Notes: generated by a model not told the origin, from the letters alone. 64,000 bases of DNA from Opitutales bacterium (GCA_024407725.1 JAKSVZ010000001.1:22746-86745), one strand, 5' to 3'. Numbered from the stretch's first letter, positions 1 through 12,357 are shown. Numbers and translations: made by a program.

Positions 1-2362
1 AGTATCCTGCATCTGCTGTACGCAAAGCGGTATCTGCCATACCCTTACGAGCACCGTGCGCTGACGTAAAGTATTCCAGCGGATTCAACCCTTCACGGAA
101 GGAGGACAAAATAGGATATTCAATAATTTCTCCGGAAGGTTTAGCCATCAAACCACGCATTCCGCATAGCTGACGTACCTGTTGCTTATTACCACGAGCT
201 CCAGAATCCATCATAACAAACAAAGGATTCAAGGCACCATCCTGATGTTTTTCAAGGTTTTTAAACACAACACTTGCGACCGCATCAGTTGCTTCTGACC
301 AAACAGAAATCACCCTACTATAACGCTCTTTATCGGTAATAATTCCGCGTTCAAATTGCGATTGGATCGTTTTAATTTTCTCCAGATTTTCCTCGATAAT
401 GGCCGCTTTTTTATCAGAAATTGCCATATCATCGATACCAATAGACACACCCATGCGGGTTGCCATGGTAAATCCTAACTTCTTTAACGCATCCAAATGC
501 TTAACAGAACTTTGTGCATCCGTAAACCGATAGCTTTCATTAATCAACTTGGAAAGTTTATCCTTATTGACCACGTCATTAATGAAACCCATGCCTTTCG
601 GCCAAATTTCATTGAAAATGATACGCCCAATGGTTGTACGGATGTATTTCTCGGACGATACCCCAAATGGAGTTTCTTTCTGATAATCCGGATTGGGGAT
701 ATCTACCCAATCATGCAAAGTCAATATGCGGCACATTTCTAAGCGTTTTGCTTCAGAAAGATCATTCACCAATGGAACCACCTTATCAGCAGCAGGCTTA
801 TCAATAGGCGCAGCCGTTAATACATAATTTCCTAAAACAACGTCCTGAGAAGGCATCAAAATCGGTTTACCATTGGCGGGCGAAAAGATGTTATTGGTGG
901 ATAGCATCAACAAACGCGCTTCCAATACCGCTTCTGTGGATAACGGTACGTGTACACCCATCTGGTCTCCATCGAAGTCTGCATTAAAACCTCCGCACAC
1001 TAACGGATGCAACTGAATCGCATCACTTTCAATCAAAAGCGGTTCAAAAGCCTGAACAGACAAACGGTGCAAAGTTGGAGCACGGTTTAACAAAATAGGA
1101 TGCTCGCGCACCACTTCTGCTAAAATATCCCATACCTCAGGCTGCTCATTTTTGATCATTTTGCGAGCAACACGAACCGTACTGGCAAACCCAAGCTCTT
1201 TCAGACGACAAATTACAAATGGTTCGAACAAAACCAACGCCATTTTCTTAGGCAATCCGCATTGATTAATCTTGAGCTCCGGTCCGACAACGATTACGGA
1301 ACGTCCACTGTAGTCAACACGCTTACCCAATAGGTTTTGACGAAAACGACCATTCTTACCCTTTAACATATCGGTTAACGACTTCAAGGGACGTTTGGTT
1401 GAATTGACTGCTGGACGCGTACCACAGCTACCGTTGGCGAACAACGCATCAACGGCCTCCTGCAACATACGCTTTTCGTTGTAAATAATGATATTCGGGG
1501 TTTTTAAGCTTAACAGACCCTTTAAACGGTTATTACGGTTAATAACGCGGCGATAAAGATCATTTAAGTCGCTGGTTGCAAAGCGCCCACCTTCTAATGG
1601 TACCAATGGACGTAAATCAGGCGGTATAACCGGAAGTACATCGAGCACCATCCAATCCGGAGAGATTTTAGAATTGGCGAAATTATTCAACAGCATTAAA
1701 CGATTCGCTAACTTTCTACGAACCTGCTGCGAATTACTATTCGCCATGCTCATGCGAACAGCTTCAATCTCTTGTTCTAGATTTAGGTCTTTTAAAAGCG
1801 TTTTAATAGCGGATCCACCGATATCAGCAACAAATGAATCAAAACCATGTTCGTTACGGGCATCATTCAATTCCTGCTCGGACAAAATCTGCTTTTTCTT
1901 CAAAGGAGTTACCCCCGGATCGGTTACCACATAGCTTTCGTAATAAGCAATCCGTTCAACATCCTTCAAGGGTAGCTCTAACAATGCACCGATAGCTTTG
2001 AAGAACAAAATATGAACAACAGGAGCGGTAAGCTCAATATGCCCCATGCGTTCACGACGAACCGATGCCTGAGTTACCTCAACCCCGCATCGGTCGCAGA
2101 ACACACCTTTGTACTTAATGCGTTTATACTTTCCGCAGGCGCACTCATAATCAACGACAGGACCGAATACCTTTTGGCAAAACAAGCCATCCGGTTCAGG
2201 CTTATACGTACGATAGTTAATGGTTTCTGGGCTTCGAACTTCCCCATGCGACCATTGGCGAATTACATCAGGCGATGCAATTTTAATACCAATTTCGTTA
2301 AACGCTGGTTCTTCTTCAAAACCTAGAACCCCCCGTATCTCCTCGTTATCAGCTTCTGACAT
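1..2362 (-). CDS. rpoC: DNA-directed RNA polymerase subunit beta' (first ~787 codons; continues beyond window start)
   Basis: Absent from the ORF track because it has no stop in the window. Reverse translation from ATG at 2362 gives [27 protein letters not shown]..., a zinc-ribbon [25 protein letters not shown], and catalytic NADFDGDQM encoded at 959-985 (residue ~460). It starts 4 nt after the rpoB stop. Confidence 0.95.
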   Translation of the reverse strand, partial: MSEADNEEIRGVLGFEEEPAFNEIGIKIASPDVIRQWSHGEVRSPETINYRTYKPEPDGLFCQKVFGPVVDYECACGKYKRIKYKGVFCDRCGVEVTQASVRRERMGHIELTAPVVHILFFKAIGALLELPLKDVERIAYYESYVVTDPGVTPLKKKQILSEQELNDARNEHGFDSFVADIGGSAIKTLLKDLNLEQEIEAVRMSMANSNSQQVRRKLANRLMLLNNFANSKISPDWMVLDVLPVIPPDLRPLVPLEGGRFATSDLNDLYRRVINRNNRLKGLLSLKTPNIIIYNEKRMLQEAVDALFANGSCGTRPAVNSTKRPLKSLTDMLKGKNGRFRQNLLGKRVDYSGRSVIVVGPELKINQCGLPKKMALVLFEPFVICRLKELGFASTVRVARKMIKNEQPEVWDILAEVVREHPILLNRAPTLHRLSVQAFEPLLIESDAIQLHPLVCGGFNADFDGDQMGVHVPLSTEAVLEARLLMLSTNNIFSPANGKPILMPSQDVVLGNYVLTAAPIDKPAADKVVPLVNDLSEAKRLEMCRILTLHDWVDIPNPDYQKETPFGVSSEKYIRTTIGRIIFNEIWPKGMGFINDVVNKDKLSKLINESYRFTDAQSSVKHLDALKKLGFTMATRMGVSIGIDDMAISDKKAAIIEENLEKIKTIQSQFERGIITDKERYSRVISVWSEATDAVASVVFKNLEKHQDGALNPLFVMMDSGARGNKQQVRQLCGMRGLMAKPSGEIIEYPILSSFREGLNPLEYFTSAHGARKGMADTALRTADAGY

Positions 2363-2366
2363 CCCA

Positions 2367-5300
2367 TCACTCCTTATTAAAACTTGTTGCTTCTTGTTGA
2401 GGCGAAATCAAACGAACATCGAATGCCAAACCTCGCATTTCATTCAATAATACCAAGAACGATTGCGGCAGGTTTGCATGCAATGAATGCTTACCCTTAA
2501 CAATAGACTCGTAAAATTGTACGCGTCCTTGAACGTCGTCCGATTTAACCGTAATCATTTCTTTCAGTAAATAAGCCGCTCCATAAGCTTCTAGAGCCCA
2601 GACTTCCATTTCTCCAAATCGCTGACCTCCGAATTGCGCCTTACCTCCTAAGGGCTGTTGGGTGATCAAGCTATAAGGACCAACCGCACGAGCGTGAACC
2701 TTGTTAGCAACCAAGTGATTCAACTTCAACATGTGCGTATAACCCACCGTAACTTGTTGATAGAATGGATCACCGGTATAACCATCATACAGGGTTACTT
2801 TACCGCTCTCCGGCAACTTCGCCTTCTTTAAGAACTCTTTTATGGATTTCTCTGAAGCACCATCAAAAACAGGCGTCGTAATACGAATTCCTAACGCTTT
2901 ACAAGCCCATCCCAAGTGACATTCCAAAATCTGACCTACGTTCATTCGGCTTGGTACACCCAACGGATTTAAAATAATATCTACGGGTTTACCATTGGCC
3001 AAGAACGGCATATCCTGTTGAGGAACGATACGCGAAACAACACCTTTATTTCCGTGTCGACCGGCCATTTTATCCCCTACCTGTATCTTGCGTTTAACGG
3101 CGATCAATACAGTAACTTTCTTAATGGGACCTTCTTCGGAACCGGTATCTTCTAGGTGCTTTATTTTGCCTTCATATTCCGACCTTAACTCGTCAAATTT
3201 AGCATTAAACGAGGTTAAAATTTCGTCTAATTTTTCCTTAACCGGCGAATCCTCAATGGACAAATGATCTTTGTTGGCCGCTAAAGAACGCAGCGCGGTT
3301 TTGGTAATTTTCTTATTAGCTTTAACGATGAAATCTCCACTGTCAGCATCCACAATATTCAAGGAAATTTTTTCTCCTAAGAATATGTTCGATAATGCTT
3401 CTGTTAAGTCATCGCGAGCCGAGGCTACATCCAAGGCGTATTGAGCATCGATTTTCTTGCGTTTACGATCCAAATCCTTTTCAGTAACTTCTTCCTTTGG
3501 ATTGACGTTATCTCCGCGGCTAACGCGCACTTCCATAACAATTCCAGTGCACCCCGGAGGCGCCATCATGGAAGAATCCTTAACATCGGCAGCTTTTTCA
3601 CCGAAAATGGTACGTAAAAGCTTCTCTTCAGGGGACAATTCCGTCTCCCCTTTCGGCGTAATTTTACCAACTAAAATATCTCCTGGGCGCACCTCAGAAC
3701 CAATACAGATGATACCGTTGCGATCCAAACGACTTAACGCTTCCTCGCTTACATTCGGAATATCGCGCGTAATCTCTTCGGGTCCAAGTTTTGTGTCATT
3801 TGCGAGCGTCTCATATTCTTCAATATGAATCGACGTAAATACATCTTCTTTAACGATGCGGTCACTCAAGATAATAGCATCTTCGAAATTATACCCATAC
3901 CACGGCATATATGCGACCATAACGTCCGAGCCCAACGCTAATTCGCCATGATCCATTGACATACCATCAGACAAAATTTGTCCTTTGGTCACTTTCTCAC
4001 CCAAATGGACAATCGGTCGTTGGTTAATGCACGTAGAGGCATTAGACCGCATAAACTTGTTCAAATGATAAACGTAAATGCCCTTCTTAGGATCGGTGGT
4101 TAATGTCTGACTTTTGGCAGGTAACTTACCATCTGGGGTTACAACAATCCAACCGCCATCAACCGCTGCTATTTTTCCATCGCTTTCCGCAATAATCACC
4201 GAACGTGAATCTTTAGCTACCAAGCTTTCGACCCCAGTTCCTACTAAAGGAGCTTTCGGGCACAACAAAGGTACCGCTTGACGTTGCATGTTAGCTCCCA
4301 TCAACGCACGGCTTCCATCATCGTGCTCCAAGAATGGAATCAATGCAGCCGCCACCGACACAACCTGTTTTGGCGAAACATCCATGTAGGTCACTTCTTG
4401 CGGATCGGCCTCATACACATCAAAATGTTTGCGAGACAATACGGGACCAATCAACTTGCCTTTGCTATCAACAGGAGCATTCGCCTGCGCAACAATCTCA
4501 TGCTTTTCTTGGTCAGCCGTTAAATAATGAACTGTGTCGGTTGGTACCCCTTTCTTAACCACGCGATAAGGAGTTTCAATAAATCCTAAGGGATTAATAC
4601 GCGCATAGGTCGTTAACGAATTGATCAAACCGATATTCGCACCTTCAGAGGTTTCTACCGGACAAATACGGCCATAGTGAGACGTTTGAACGTCACGCAC
4701 ACCCAAACCAGCCCGTTCTCGATTCAATCCCCCCGGTCCTACAGCAGATAAACGACGCTTACGGGAGATTTCAGACAAAGGATTAATTTGGTCAATAATC
4801 TGCGACAGCTGATTACGCGCGAAAAATTCGTTGATTGCAGCCGCCATAACCTTGGTATTCATCAAGGTCTGCAAAGAATTATTAAATTGGCTGTAGGACA
4901 CCATACGTTCCTTCAAAGTATGGCGTAAACGCTCTAAACCCAATCGGCATTGACGGCCAATCAATTCACCAACCAAACGAACACGGCGATTACTTAGGCA
5001 ATCGATATCATCAATCACCCCTTCGCCTTTACGTAAATTATAAAGATAACGTATCGCAGCTACCAAATCCGATGGTTGTAACGTACGTTGCTCGTCTTTT
5101 AAACCTAATTTTTCGTTAATGACATAACGACCGGCTTCCAACAAATCGTAATTTTCAGGAGCAAACAAATAACGGAAGCTTGCGAGCGCATTTTTCCGAA
5201 CAATCGATTGCCCTGGGCGTACGATTGAAAGGATCGCATAAGCAGCATCCTCAGCGCTCGTTAACAGGTCGTTCTTTAAGCAACGAACGATAATTCCGCC

Positions 5301-6131
5301 ATCAACCCCGCAATCAATAACTTTGATTTTCTCTATCTTAGCTTCTACAAAATTTTGCAAAAGCAATTTGGATAAAATTTCATACTTGCCAGCTAAAACC
5401 CGACCTTGTTTTACATCCAACACATCTTCCGCCAATACCAAATTGGTTAATTGCGATTGCTTGAGCAAACTAGCAACCGACAACATGCGCGGTTCATAAA
5501 ACAGCTTTAAAATAGACTCATCTGTCTCATATCCCCAAGCACGCAACAAGGTAGTTACTAAAATGGGGCTGCGACGCCGATGGGTATCAAAGGTAACTCC
5601 TAATAAATCATTTTGGTCGAATTCAATCTCCAACCAAACTCCGCGGTCAGGAATAATACGGGACAAGGGTAAACGTTTACCGAAAGAATAAAACCGTTCT
5701 TCAAAAACAATTCCAGGAGAACGATGTAACTGATTAACGACGGTACGTTCAACGCCATTTACAACAAAAGAAGCACGCGGTGTCATGAGTGGAATTTCAC
5801 CCATATACACTTCGCTTTTTTGAACGGAATCCTCCGATTTTAACGATAACGTTAAATAAAGAGAAGCCGCATACGTATCCCCATCTCGAATACAATCACA
5901 ATAAGATTTCTTCTGGGGAACGATGCGGTAAGAATGGTACTCTAACGTACGATTGTAATTTTCTACAGGGAAAAAGCTGCGAAAAACATACTCTAATCCT
6001 ACATTTTTTCGCTTATTCGGTTCTTTATCTAACTGCAGAAATTCTGAATACGAATTGATAGATAAACTCAACAAATCGCTCGGATGTATAACTTCTTTTA
6101 TTTTTTTAACATCAATACGCTCTTCCGACAT
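2367..6131 (-). CDS. rpoB: DNA-directed RNA polymerase subunit beta
   Basis: 1254-aa ORF with hallmark RpoB blocks ([50 protein letters not shown]). It sits between rplL and rpoC. Confidence 0.98.
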   Translation of the reverse strand: MSEERIDVKKIKEVIHPSDLLSLSINSYSEFLQLDKEPNKRKNVGLEYVFRSFFPVENYNRTLEYHSYRIVPQKKSYCDCIRDGDTYAASLYLTLSLKSEDSVQKSEVYMGEIPLMTPRASFVVNGVERTVVNQLHRSPGIVFEERFYSFGKRLPLSRIIPDRGVWLEIEFDQNDLLGVTFDTHRRRSPILVTTLLRAWGYETDESILKLFYEPRMLSVASLLKQSQLTNLVLAEDVLDVKQGRVLAGKYEILSKLLLQNFVEAKIEKIKVIDCGVDGGIIVRCLKNDLLTSAEDAAYAILSIVRPGQSIVRKNALASFRYLFAPENYDLLEAGRYVINEKLGLKDEQRTLQPSDLVAAIRYLYNLRKGEGVIDDIDCLSNRRVRLVGELIGRQCRLGLERLRHTLKERMVSYSQFNNSLQTLMNTKVMAAAINEFFARNQLSQIIDQINPLSEISRKRRLSAVGPGGLNRERAGLGVRDVQTSHYGRICPVETSEGANIGLINSLTTYARINPLGFIETPYRVVKKGVPTDTVHYLTADQEKHEIVAQANAPVDSKGKLIGPVLSRKHFDVYEADPQEVTYMDVSPKQVVSVAAALIPFLEHDDGSRALMGANMQRQAVPLLCPKAPLVGTGVESLVAKDSRSVIIAESDGKIAAVDGGWIVVTPDGKLPAKSQTLTTDPKKGIYVYHLNKFMRSNASTCINQRPIVHLGEKVTKGQILSDGMSMDHGELALGSDVMVAYMPWYGYNFEDAIILSDRIVKEDVFTSIHIEEYETLANDTKLGPEEITRDIPNVSEEALSRLDRNGIICIGSEVRPGDILVGKITPKGETELSPEEKLLRTIFGEKAADVKDSSMMAPPGCTGIVMEVRVSRGDNVNPKEEVTEKDLDRKRKKIDAQYALDVASARDDLTEALSNIFLGEKISLNIVDADSGDFIVKANKKITKTALRSLAANKDHLSIEDSPVKEKLDEILTSFNAKFDELRSEYEGKIKHLEDTGSEEGPIKKVTVLIAVKRKIQVGDKMAGRHGNKGVVSRIVPQQDMPFLANGKPVDIILNPLGVPSRMNVGQILECHLGWACKALGIRITTPVFDGASEKSIKEFLKKAKLPESGKVTLYDGYTGDPFYQQVTVGYTHMLKLNHLVANKVHARAVGPYSLITQQPLGGKAQFGGQRFGEMEVWALEAYGAAYLLKEMITVKSDDVQGRVQFYESIVKGKHSLHANLPQSFLVLLNEMRGLAFDVRLISPQQEATSFNKE

Positions 6132-6167
6132 ATAAATCGATACCCACTCTTATTCCAACATCCATTA

Positions 6168-6201
6168 TTTAAAAATAGGGCTCTACTTTTTTATAGAGCC
6201 C
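6168..6201 (-). terminator. Intrinsic terminator/attenuator between rplL and rpoB
   Basis: 8-bp perfect stem GGGCTCTA (6178-6185) / TAGAGCCC (6194-6201). On the minus strand it is followed by TATTTTTAAA. It lies 18 nt after the rplL stop and upstream of rpoB, the same position as the known E. coli rplL-rpoB attenuator. Confidence 0.6.
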
Positions 6202-6218
6202 AGAAAAAACCATCAAAC

Positions 6219-6605
6219 TTATTGCAGTTCAACGGTTGCGCCAGCTGCTTCTAGTTCTTTCTTGAACTTTTCTGCATCTTCCTTGCTGACACCTTCTTTA
6301 ACCATCTTTGGTGCTCCATCTACCAAGGCTTTAGCCTCTGCTAAACCAAGATTGGTGATTGCACGAACTGCTTTAATAACAGCAATCTTCTTATCAGCAG
6401 GAGCAGCTTTTAACATAATATTAAATTCGCTCTTTTCTTCTGCTGCTGGGGCTGCTGCTCCACCGGCTGGTGCGCTCGCAACTGCAACAGGAGCAGCTGC
6501 ACTGACTCCCCATTTTTCTTCTAACTGCTTAACTAAGTCATTTAATTCCATGACTGTCATTGAGCTTAAGAAGTCTATAACCTGTTCTAATGTTATTGTA
6601 CTCAT
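6219..6605 (-). CDS. rplL: 50S ribosomal protein L7/L12
   Basis: 128 aa with an Ala/Pro-rich hinge and a C-terminal [28 protein letters not shown]...[12 protein letters not shown] typical of bL12. Confidence 0.97.
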   Translation of the reverse strand: MSTITLEQVIDFLSSMTVMELNDLVKQLEEKWGVSAAAPVAVASAPAGGAAAPAAEEKSEFNIMLKAAPADKKIAVIKAVRAITNLGLAEAKALVDGAPKMVKEGVSKEDAEKFKKELEAAGATVELQ

Positions 6606-6687
6606 ATTTCCTCCTAGCCAAACTAGCGGTTATCTAGACAGACAACCATTTAAAGAGCTAATCTCCCTAGTTTGATCTAAAAAATTG

Positions 6688-7194
6688 TTAACCATTTTTT
6701 GCTTTTAACACATTCAAAAGCCCACGCTGTGCACCCTGAGACACATACAAGAATTTGCGTTGGGTTGTTGTAAACAACGACAAAAGTGTAGCACGCAAGG
6801 TTGGCAAATCGGGCAAGTTCGATAGTACCTTAATCGCACTAACGTCATACAGCTTTCCGTCAACCAAACCACCTTTGGTCGCTAACTTTTCACGGTCTTT
6901 GGCAAATTGTACCAAGACTTTAGCAACCCCTGATGGATTTTCGCCACCAAATACAACACCCGTCTGACCCTTTAACCATTGGGCATCCATTGCAGGCCAT
7001 TCTAGGACTTCGCCCAGCTTCTTCAAAAACGTATTTTGAATAACATGGAACTGAGCTCCTTCGCGTGATAAAGCACCGCGTAATTCCGCCGTTTCCTTAA
7101 CCGTTAAGCGGTTAAAATCGACCAAATACAAAAATGGAGACGATTTAACGTTATCGGTAATTTCATTTAGTAACAGTGTTTTTTCCGGTCTCAT
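6688..7194 (-). CDS. rplJ: 50S ribosomal protein L10
   Basis: 168 aa, located between rplA and rplL. The N-terminal pattern fits uL10 and the operon order is conserved. Confidence 0.9.
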   Translation of the reverse strand: MRPEKTLLLNEITDNVKSSPFLYLVDFNRLTVKETAELRGALSREGAQFHVIQNTFLKKLGEVLEWPAMDAQWLKGQTGVVFGGENPSGVAKVLVQFAKDREKLATKGGLVDGKLYDVSAIKVLSNLPDLPTLRATLLSLFTTTQRKFLYVSQGAQRGLLNVLKAKNG

Positions 7195-7225
7195 GACAAT
7201 CTATCCTAACTTCCTTACCAATTTA

Positions 7226-7909
7226 TTAAGCAAATAACGAACTATTTAACCGAATACTAGGACTCATGGTAGAAGAAAGAAATCCTCCTAAAATAAATTT
7301 TCCACTAATACTAGCCGGTTTTGCCCGCTTAATTGCTTCCAAAATAGCCTCAATGTTTGCTACCAACTTGTCAACTCCAAAAGAACGTTTTCCAACACCC
7401 AATTGGATATGAGAAGTTTTGTCGCTCTTAAATTCAACGCGACCTTTTTGTAGCGCTTGGATACAATCAGCAAGTTTATCATTATCCGTTACCGTTCCAG
7501 CTTTAGGACTTGGCATCAATCCCTTAGGTCCTAACACACGGGCTAAAACTTTTACGTCCTTCATGGCTTCCACCGTAGCTACCGCTACATCAAAATCTAA
7601 CCAGCCACCTTGAACTTTTTCAATAAGATCCGCTAATCCAGCTTCTTTTGCACCCGCCTTCTTAGCTTCAGCAGCATTTTCAGTAAAAGCAATGACGCGT
7701 ACTGTCTTTCCATTACCATTAGGCAATTGAACTACACCGCGAGTTACTGTATTGGCGTCTTTAGGATCCGGTGTTAACTGTAACGTTAATTCAACCGTCT
7801 CATCAAATTTGGCACTCGGCAAGGATAGCAACAAACCTAATGCTTCCTTCAACTCCAACGCTTTGTCGGAATCTACTTTTTCACAAGCCGAACGATAACG
7901 TTTACTCAT
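7226..7909 (-). CDS. rplA: 50S ribosomal protein L1
   Basis: 227 aa containing FDETVEL...LPNGNGKTVRV..F and GPKGLMPSPKAGTVT motifs of uL1. Confidence 0.95.
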   Translation of the reverse strand: MSKRYRSACEKVDSDKALELKEALGLLLSLPSAKFDETVELTLQLTPDPKDANTVTRGVVQLPNGNGKTVRVIAFTENAAEAKKAGAKEAGLADLIEKVQGGWLDFDVAVATVEAMKDVKVLARVLGPKGLMPSPKAGTVTDNDKLADCIQALQKGRVEFKSDKTSHIQLGVGKRSFGVDKLVANIEAILEAIKRAKPASISGKFILGGFLSSTMSPSIRLNSSLFA

Positions 7910-7926
7910 AATACTTCTCTAAAAAA

Positions 7927-8352
7927 CTAATTTTGTACCTGAATTCCCATGCTGCGGGCTGTACCTGCAATCATCCTTGCGGCTTGATCAACATCCGTTG
8001 TATTTAAATCAGCCATTTTGGTTTTTGCGATTTCCTTCAACTGGGCTACTGTAACAGTCGCAACCTTATTACGATTGGGCTCTCCCGATCCTTTTTGAAC
8101 ATTAGCTGCCTTAAGCAACAATACTGATGCAGGAGGGGTCTTGGTTATAAAAGAAAACGAGCGATCTGCATAAACGGTAATCACTACCGGAATAACCATT
8201 CCAGCCTGATTTTTTGTACGTGCATTGAACTCCTTACAGAAGTCCATAATCGCAACTCCTTTCGCACCCAAAGCAGGGCCAACTGGAGGAGCCGGATTAG
8301 CCGCACCTGCAGGCAATTGTAAACGAATTTCACCAACAACTTTTTTAGCCAT
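7927..8352 (-). CDS. rplK: 50S ribosomal protein L11
   Basis: 141 aa, [40 protein letters not shown], the canonical uL11 N-terminus. Confidence 0.97.
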   Translation of the reverse strand: MAKKVVGEIRLQLPAGAANPAPPVGPALGAKGVAIMDFCKEFNARTKNQAGMVIPVVITVYADRSFSFITKTPPASVLLLKAANVQKGSGEPNRNKVATVTVAQLKEIAKTKMADLNTTDVDQAARMIAGTARSMGIQVQN

Positions 8353-8364
8353 ATTAATCTATCC

Positions 8365-8934
8365 TTACGAACGTACTTTTTGTACTTGCCAACATTCCAA
8401 ATCAACCGGTGTAGAACGGCCGAACATACTCACGAAAACACACAAACGACTTTTTTTCAAATCAATTTCATGAATCACCCCAGTCATGCCTGAAAAAGGA
8501 CCATCCATAATGGTTACCGTCTCATTTACTTCGTAGGCAACCTTTAAATTGCGTTTTCCTTCACAGTTTTTAACTTCACCTTGAATGTTATCAATTTCAG
8601 CTTGTGAAATAACAACGGGACAACCATCTTTTTCGATAAAACCACGAGCTCCGGGAATTCCCCGAATAATCGAAATTAAATCCTGACTGATATTACCCGC
8701 CTCATCCCGCAATTTCATGCAAATAAAGGCATACCGCGGGTAAAACTTCTGAATACGGTTGGATTTCTTTCCGTTCTTAACCTCGGTAACTGTTTTGGTC
8801 GGAACCAAAACTTCTTTTATGCAATCTTTATATGCACTTTCTTTGATGCGCTCTTCCAGATTCTGCTTTACCTTGAATTCACAATTGGAATTTGTTTGTA
8901 AAGCGTACCACTGAAAAGGGGTTTGAGTAACCAT
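8365..8934 (-). CDS. nusG: Transcription termination/antitermination factor NusG
   Basis: NGN + KOW architecture (WYALQT..., C-terminal KOW VNETVTIMDGPFSGMTGVIHEID). I chose the ATG at 8934 (MVTQTPFQWY), 2 nt after the secE stop. The track ORF starts 21 nt further upstream. Confidence 0.9.
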   Translation of the reverse strand: MVTQTPFQWYALQTNSNCEFKVKQNLEERIKESAYKDCIKEVLVPTKTVTEVKNGKKSNRIQKFYPRYAFICMKLRDEAGNISQDLISIIRGIPGARGFIEKDGCPVVISQAEIDNIQGEVKNCEGKRNLKVAYEVNETVTIMDGPFSGMTGVIHEIDLKKSRLCVFVSMFGRSTPVDLECWQVQKVRS

Positions 8935-8936
8935 AA

Positions 8937-9134
8937 TTAGCGATTTACACAACACATCAGCAGATCCACCACATGAAATAAAGATAAATCTACCGCACTA
9001 ACAAATAAACCTAACAAAACAATTGCAATCAATACCTTTACAGTAGAGCGCCAAAGGTCAACCTTATTTGGCCAAGAAGTCTTTTTCAACTCCTCAACCA
9101 TCTCTCTGCAAAACGTATGAATTTTAAACTTCAT
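8937..9134 (-). CDS. secE: Preprotein translocase subunit SecE
   Basis: 65 aa with one C-terminal TM helix and a REMVEELKKTSWPNK motif typical of SecE. It sits in the conserved position between tRNA-Trp and nusG. An alternative start is M12 at 9101. Confidence 0.85.
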   Translation of the reverse strand: MKFKIHTFCREMVEELKKTSWPNKVDLWRSTVKVLIAIVLLGLFVSAVDLSLFHVVDLLMCCVNR

Positions 9135-9147
9135 GCATTTAGTTTTT

Positions 9148-9223
9148 TGGCAGGGGAAGAGGGACTCGAACCCCCAACCGACGGTTTTGGAGACCGCTAC
9201 TCTACCAATTGCGCTATTCCCCT
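9148..9223 (-). tRNA. tRNA-Trp (anticodon CCA)
   Basis: The reverse complement reads AGGGGAATAGCGCAATTGGTAGAGTAGCGGTCTCCAAAACCGTCGGTTGGGGGTTCGAGTCCCTCTTCCCCTGCCA. This gives a 7-bp acceptor stem AGGGGAA/TTCCCCT, anticodon loop CTCCAAA, a T-arm GGTTCGAGTCC and an encoded CCA. Confidence 0.93.
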
Positions 9224-9247
9224 ACTTGCAAAAAGTAACTACAAACC

Positions 9248-10414
9248 TTACTCAATAATCTCAGTAATGGTTCCAGCTCCTACGGTACGGCCACCTTCAC
9301 GAATAGCAAAACGACGACCTTTTTCCATAGCAATCGGATTGACCAATTCGAAAGAAATATCCGCGTTATCGCCAGGCATAATCATTTCGCTATCAAACTG
9401 AATGGTCATAGTAACATCAGCGGTACCGAAATATCCCTGAGGACGATAACCAGGAACGAACGGAGTATGACGTCCACCTTCTTCTTTGGTCAATACATAG
9501 ATTTGAGCCTTACCCTTCTTGTGAGGAGTAATGGATTTTGGTTTAGCAACCACTTGACCACGTTCTACTGCGTTCTTTTCAATACCACGCAACAGAAGTC
9601 CTACGTTATCACCAGCACGACCTTCATCCAAAGCTTTTTTGAATGCTTCAACTCCGGTAACAACCGTTGCTTGTGTATCGCGTAAGCCAACTAGTTCTAC
9701 AGGATCATTGACCTTAACAGTACCTCTTTCGATACGTCCTGTTACTACGGTACCACGTCCACTGATGCTAAACACGTCTTCGATAGACATTAAGAAAGGC
9801 TTATCTAATTCATAAGCTGGTTGTGGAATATGAGCATCAACGGCAGCCAACAAGTCCTTAATGGATTTTACCCATTCTGGTTTTCCTTCAAGAGCACCTA
9901 ACGCAGATCCACGAACAAACGGAGTTTTATCTCCCTCATAACCATACTTAGTTAATAGTTCTTTAACTTCCTCTTCGACCAACGCTAACATATCTGCATC
10001 GTTGACCAAATCAGCTTTGTTAATGAACACAACCATAGCAGGAATTCCAACCTGACGAGCTAACAAGATGTGCTCACGGGTTTGGGGCATTGGACCATCG
10101 CTGGCGCTTACTACCAAAATAGCACCATCCATCTGAGCAGCACCGGTAATCATGTTTTTGACATAATCCGCGTGTCCTGGGCAGTCAATATGAGCGTAAT
10201 TACGGGTTGCGGTTTCATACTCTACGTGCGAAACGGCAATAGTAACGGTTTTGTTGCTATCGCGCACCGTTCCACCTTTTGTAATATCCGCATAAGACTT
10301 AAACTGCGCTAATCCATCATCGGCCTGCACTTTCAGTATAGCCGTTGTAAGGGTTGATTTACCATGGTCAACGTGACCAATGGTTCCAATATTTACGTGC
10401 GGTTTTCTTTCCAT
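9248..10414 (-). CDS. tuf: Elongation factor Tu
   Basis: 388 aa with [17 protein letters not shown] and NKADL GTPase motifs and full domains II/III. The effector region is atypical (see findings). Confidence 0.97.
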   Translation of the reverse strand: MERKPHVNIGTIGHVDHGKSTLTTAILKVQADDGLAQFKSYADITKGGTVRDSNKTVTIAVSHVEYETATRNYAHIDCPGHADYVKNMITGAAQMDGAILVVSASDGPMPQTREHILLARQVGIPAMVVFINKADLVNDADMLALVEEEVKELLTKYGYEGDKTPFVRGSALGALEGKPEWVKSIKDLLAAVDAHIPQPAYELDKPFLMSIEDVFSISGRGTVVTGRIERGTVKVNDPVELVGLRDTQATVVTGVEAFKKALDEGRAGDNVGLLLRGIEKNAVERGQVVAKPKSITPHKKGKAQIYVLTKEEGGRHTPFVPGYRPQGYFGTADVTMTIQFDSEMIMPGDNADISFELVNPIAMEKGRRFAIREGGRTVGAGTITEIIE

Positions 10415-10450
10415 AGTAATTTAAACTTTTTTATATATACATCTGCGTTA

Positions 10451-10526
<76 letters not shown>

Positions 10527-10693
10527 ATGTTCAACCGTAAAAGCTTCAATAGCACTGAGCTTCAAAGATTTTTACCCACACGTCAAGTCTTTTCTAAAAA
10601 AATTATTTTAAAAATTAATGATGCACGCCCTATAAAGTAAAAATTTTAGCCTATTTACCCACACCGGCATCCTTCTTGCTTATTATAGTGTTA

Positions 10694-11023
10694 ATGAATC
10701 AATTACCTATTATCATTACAGGCATTCATCTCGATTTAACTGAAGCAATTCACAATATCGTGCATGAAAAAATGGCTAAATTATTCCAACACAATACGCG
10801 CATTGTACAAATTCGCGTCGAATTAACGCAAGACAGCAATAAATTAGACCATAAAACGTTCATGGCTCAAGGCATTGTGGAACTCCCCGGACCCAATTTG
10901 ATTGTTACAACTGACTCTGATGATTTATATCGAGCCATTGATGACCTAGAACTGCAATTGTTGCGTAAATTACGTCAACGCGCTCGCATGGCTCGTTCGA
11001 AACGTAAACAACCCGCTTATTGA
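10694..11023 (+). CDS. hpf: Ribosome hibernation factor (short HPF/RaiA family)
   Basis: 109 aa from the ATG at 10694 (MNQLPIIITGIHLDLTEAIHNIVHEKMAKL...), the typical sigma54-modulation/ribosomal S30AE pattern. The track start at 10676 is a TTG. Confidence 0.8.
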   Translation: MNQLPIIITGIHLDLTEAIHNIVHEKMAKLFQHNTRIVQIRVELTQDSNKLDHKTFMAQGIVELPGPNLIVTTDSDDLYRAIDDLELQLLRKLRQRARMARSKRKQPAY

Positions 11024-11955
11024 AGCTGCTGCATCACCGCATGCTCAACCACTTGCGGCGTTAATTGCGTCAAATTCCCACTAGGAGCTTGCAAAACACA
11101 ATGCTCCTTGGTCGGATAGGGGCCGTATAGAGCTCCATCCGTAGGCCCATAAATTCCCACCAATGGTCTTTTTAAAGCAGCCGCCAAATGGATAGGCGCA
11201 CTATCATTGGCAACCACGCAGCGTGCCGATTGAATCAACAACGGCAGGTCGGACAACGAGGTTTTTCCAATCAAATTAACAAAGCGCGGATGATTCAAAC
11301 CCTCCCCTATTGGTTTTTGCCCAACCCATACGCATGTATAAGGCGTTTTTTCTAGCAATAAAGCCGTTAATTCGCGAAAAAACGGCCATTCTTTCTTAGG
11401 ACCCCGACTATTCGGAAACAGCAAGATTGCCCCTTTATCAAAGTTGAAATGCCAAGGGGGTAAGCACAAAGTCAAAGGTCGCGCTGGGCTGCTGTTAACC
11501 TCCAATGGGGTTAATAATGCCTGTAAACGCTCCAATGCGTGCGGACGAGGGGTTTTAGGCGCATAGGTTTGTTGATAAAAGAAACGCGATCCTTCACGGG
11601 CATCCCGACGACCAATTTTATGATTAGCGCGCGCAAAACCGGTCATTAATCCTGACCGCAGCAATCCTTGTCCATCCACAACCCAATCATAGAACTCCGA
11701 ACGAATTTCCTGCATCAAACGGCAAAACGCACACAATCCTCCGGAGCGCTCAAACAAAAGCAATTTGGATATAACGGGGCTCAAACGCAACAAATCCGCA
11801 AAGCAATCCCGAACCACCCAGTGGATTTCCCAACGAACTCCTTGGTTTTGAGCCGCATAAAACCCGCCCTCCATCACTTGAAGCATCTGAATGATATCGC
11901 CCAACGAAGAGGGTTTTATCACCAAAATACGCACTGTTTTTTCTGCTTCCTTCAT
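11017..11955 (-). CDS. Glycosyltransferase family 9 (LPS heptosyltransferase-like)
   Basis: 312 aa. The N-terminal ILVIKPSSLGDIIQ and C-terminal VANDSAPIHLAAAL..P.VGIYGPT are GT9 (RfaF/RfaC) signatures. Confidence 0.8.
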   Translation of the reverse strand: MKEAEKTVRILVIKPSSLGDIIQMLQVMEGGFYAAQNQGVRWEIHWVVRDCFADLLRLSPVISKLLLFERSGGLCAFCRLMQEIRSEFYDWVVDGQGLLRSGLMTGFARANHKIGRRDAREGSRFFYQQTYAPKTPRPHALERLQALLTPLEVNSSPARPLTLCLPPWHFNFDKGAILLFPNSRGPKKEWPFFRELTALLLEKTPYTCVWVGQKPIGEGLNHPRFVNLIGKTSLSDLPLLIQSARCVVANDSAPIHLAAALKRPLVGIYGPTDGALYGPYPTKEHCVLQAPSGNLTQLTPQVVEHAVMQQLQ

Positions 11956-12009
11956 TTCCCAAGTATACGCTTTATCCTGTGACCGCCGTTAATACCAACA
12001 TCCATGGAA

Positions 12010-12306
12010 CTATTGTTTATCCCCACGGACGAAATAAATGATCCATTCTCCTTCATTAATATACCCGCCCTGTTCATGCGCCAACTGATCCCTAAAATGC
12101 TTATCCGTTTGCCATTTATAGATGAAATACTTTTTGCGCTCTACCTGCATCTGATACCGCTTAATAAGCTCCTGCAATTGAACATTCCTAGCGACCGCTA
12201 CCTCATATTGGCGATAAGCATGACGGTATTTGGATACAAAGACCAAGAGCATCACCCCCACAACCACCAATACAATCCAAAACGGTTTTATCACTAATCT
12301 TCGCAT
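12010..12306 (-). CDS. Septum formation initiator (FtsB/DivIC-like)
   Basis: 98 aa with a single N-terminal TM helix followed by a short coiled coil (QLQELIKRYQMQVERKK) and a ...FRDQLAHEQGGYINEGEWIIYF tail, typical of the FtsB/DivIC family. Confidence 0.6.
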   Translation of the reverse strand: MRRLVIKPFWIVLVVVGVMLLVFVSKYRHAYRQYEVAVARNVQLQELIKRYQMQVERKKYFIYKWQTDKHFRDQLAHEQGGYINEGEWIIYFVRGDKQ

Positions 12307-12357
12307 GATTAAACAGACTATTTTGCAAATTTATCACTAAAGTTATATACTTTAACT

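Noticed and set aside
3457-6058. Several plus-strand ORFs (3457-3828, 4278-4558, 5789-6058) inside rpoB, and similar ones inside rpoC (497-742, 1674-2450)
   Set aside because: They are antisense to genes with unambiguous RNAP motifs. Their products are compositionally odd (Ser/Arg/Leu-rich) with no recognisable domains. These are typical shadow ORFs.
6262-6675. 137-aa plus-strand ORF opposite rplL
   Set aside because: Its Ala/Gly-rich sequence is just the complement of the L7/L12 Ala-rich hinge, and it overlaps the whole of rplL.
9117-9401. 94-aa plus-strand ORF spanning tRNA-Trp and the tuf 3' end; likewise 13496-13723 (minus) spanning tRNA-Ser
   Set aside because: Both run through well-formed tRNA genes and/or are antisense to tuf, so they are artefacts of six-frame translation.
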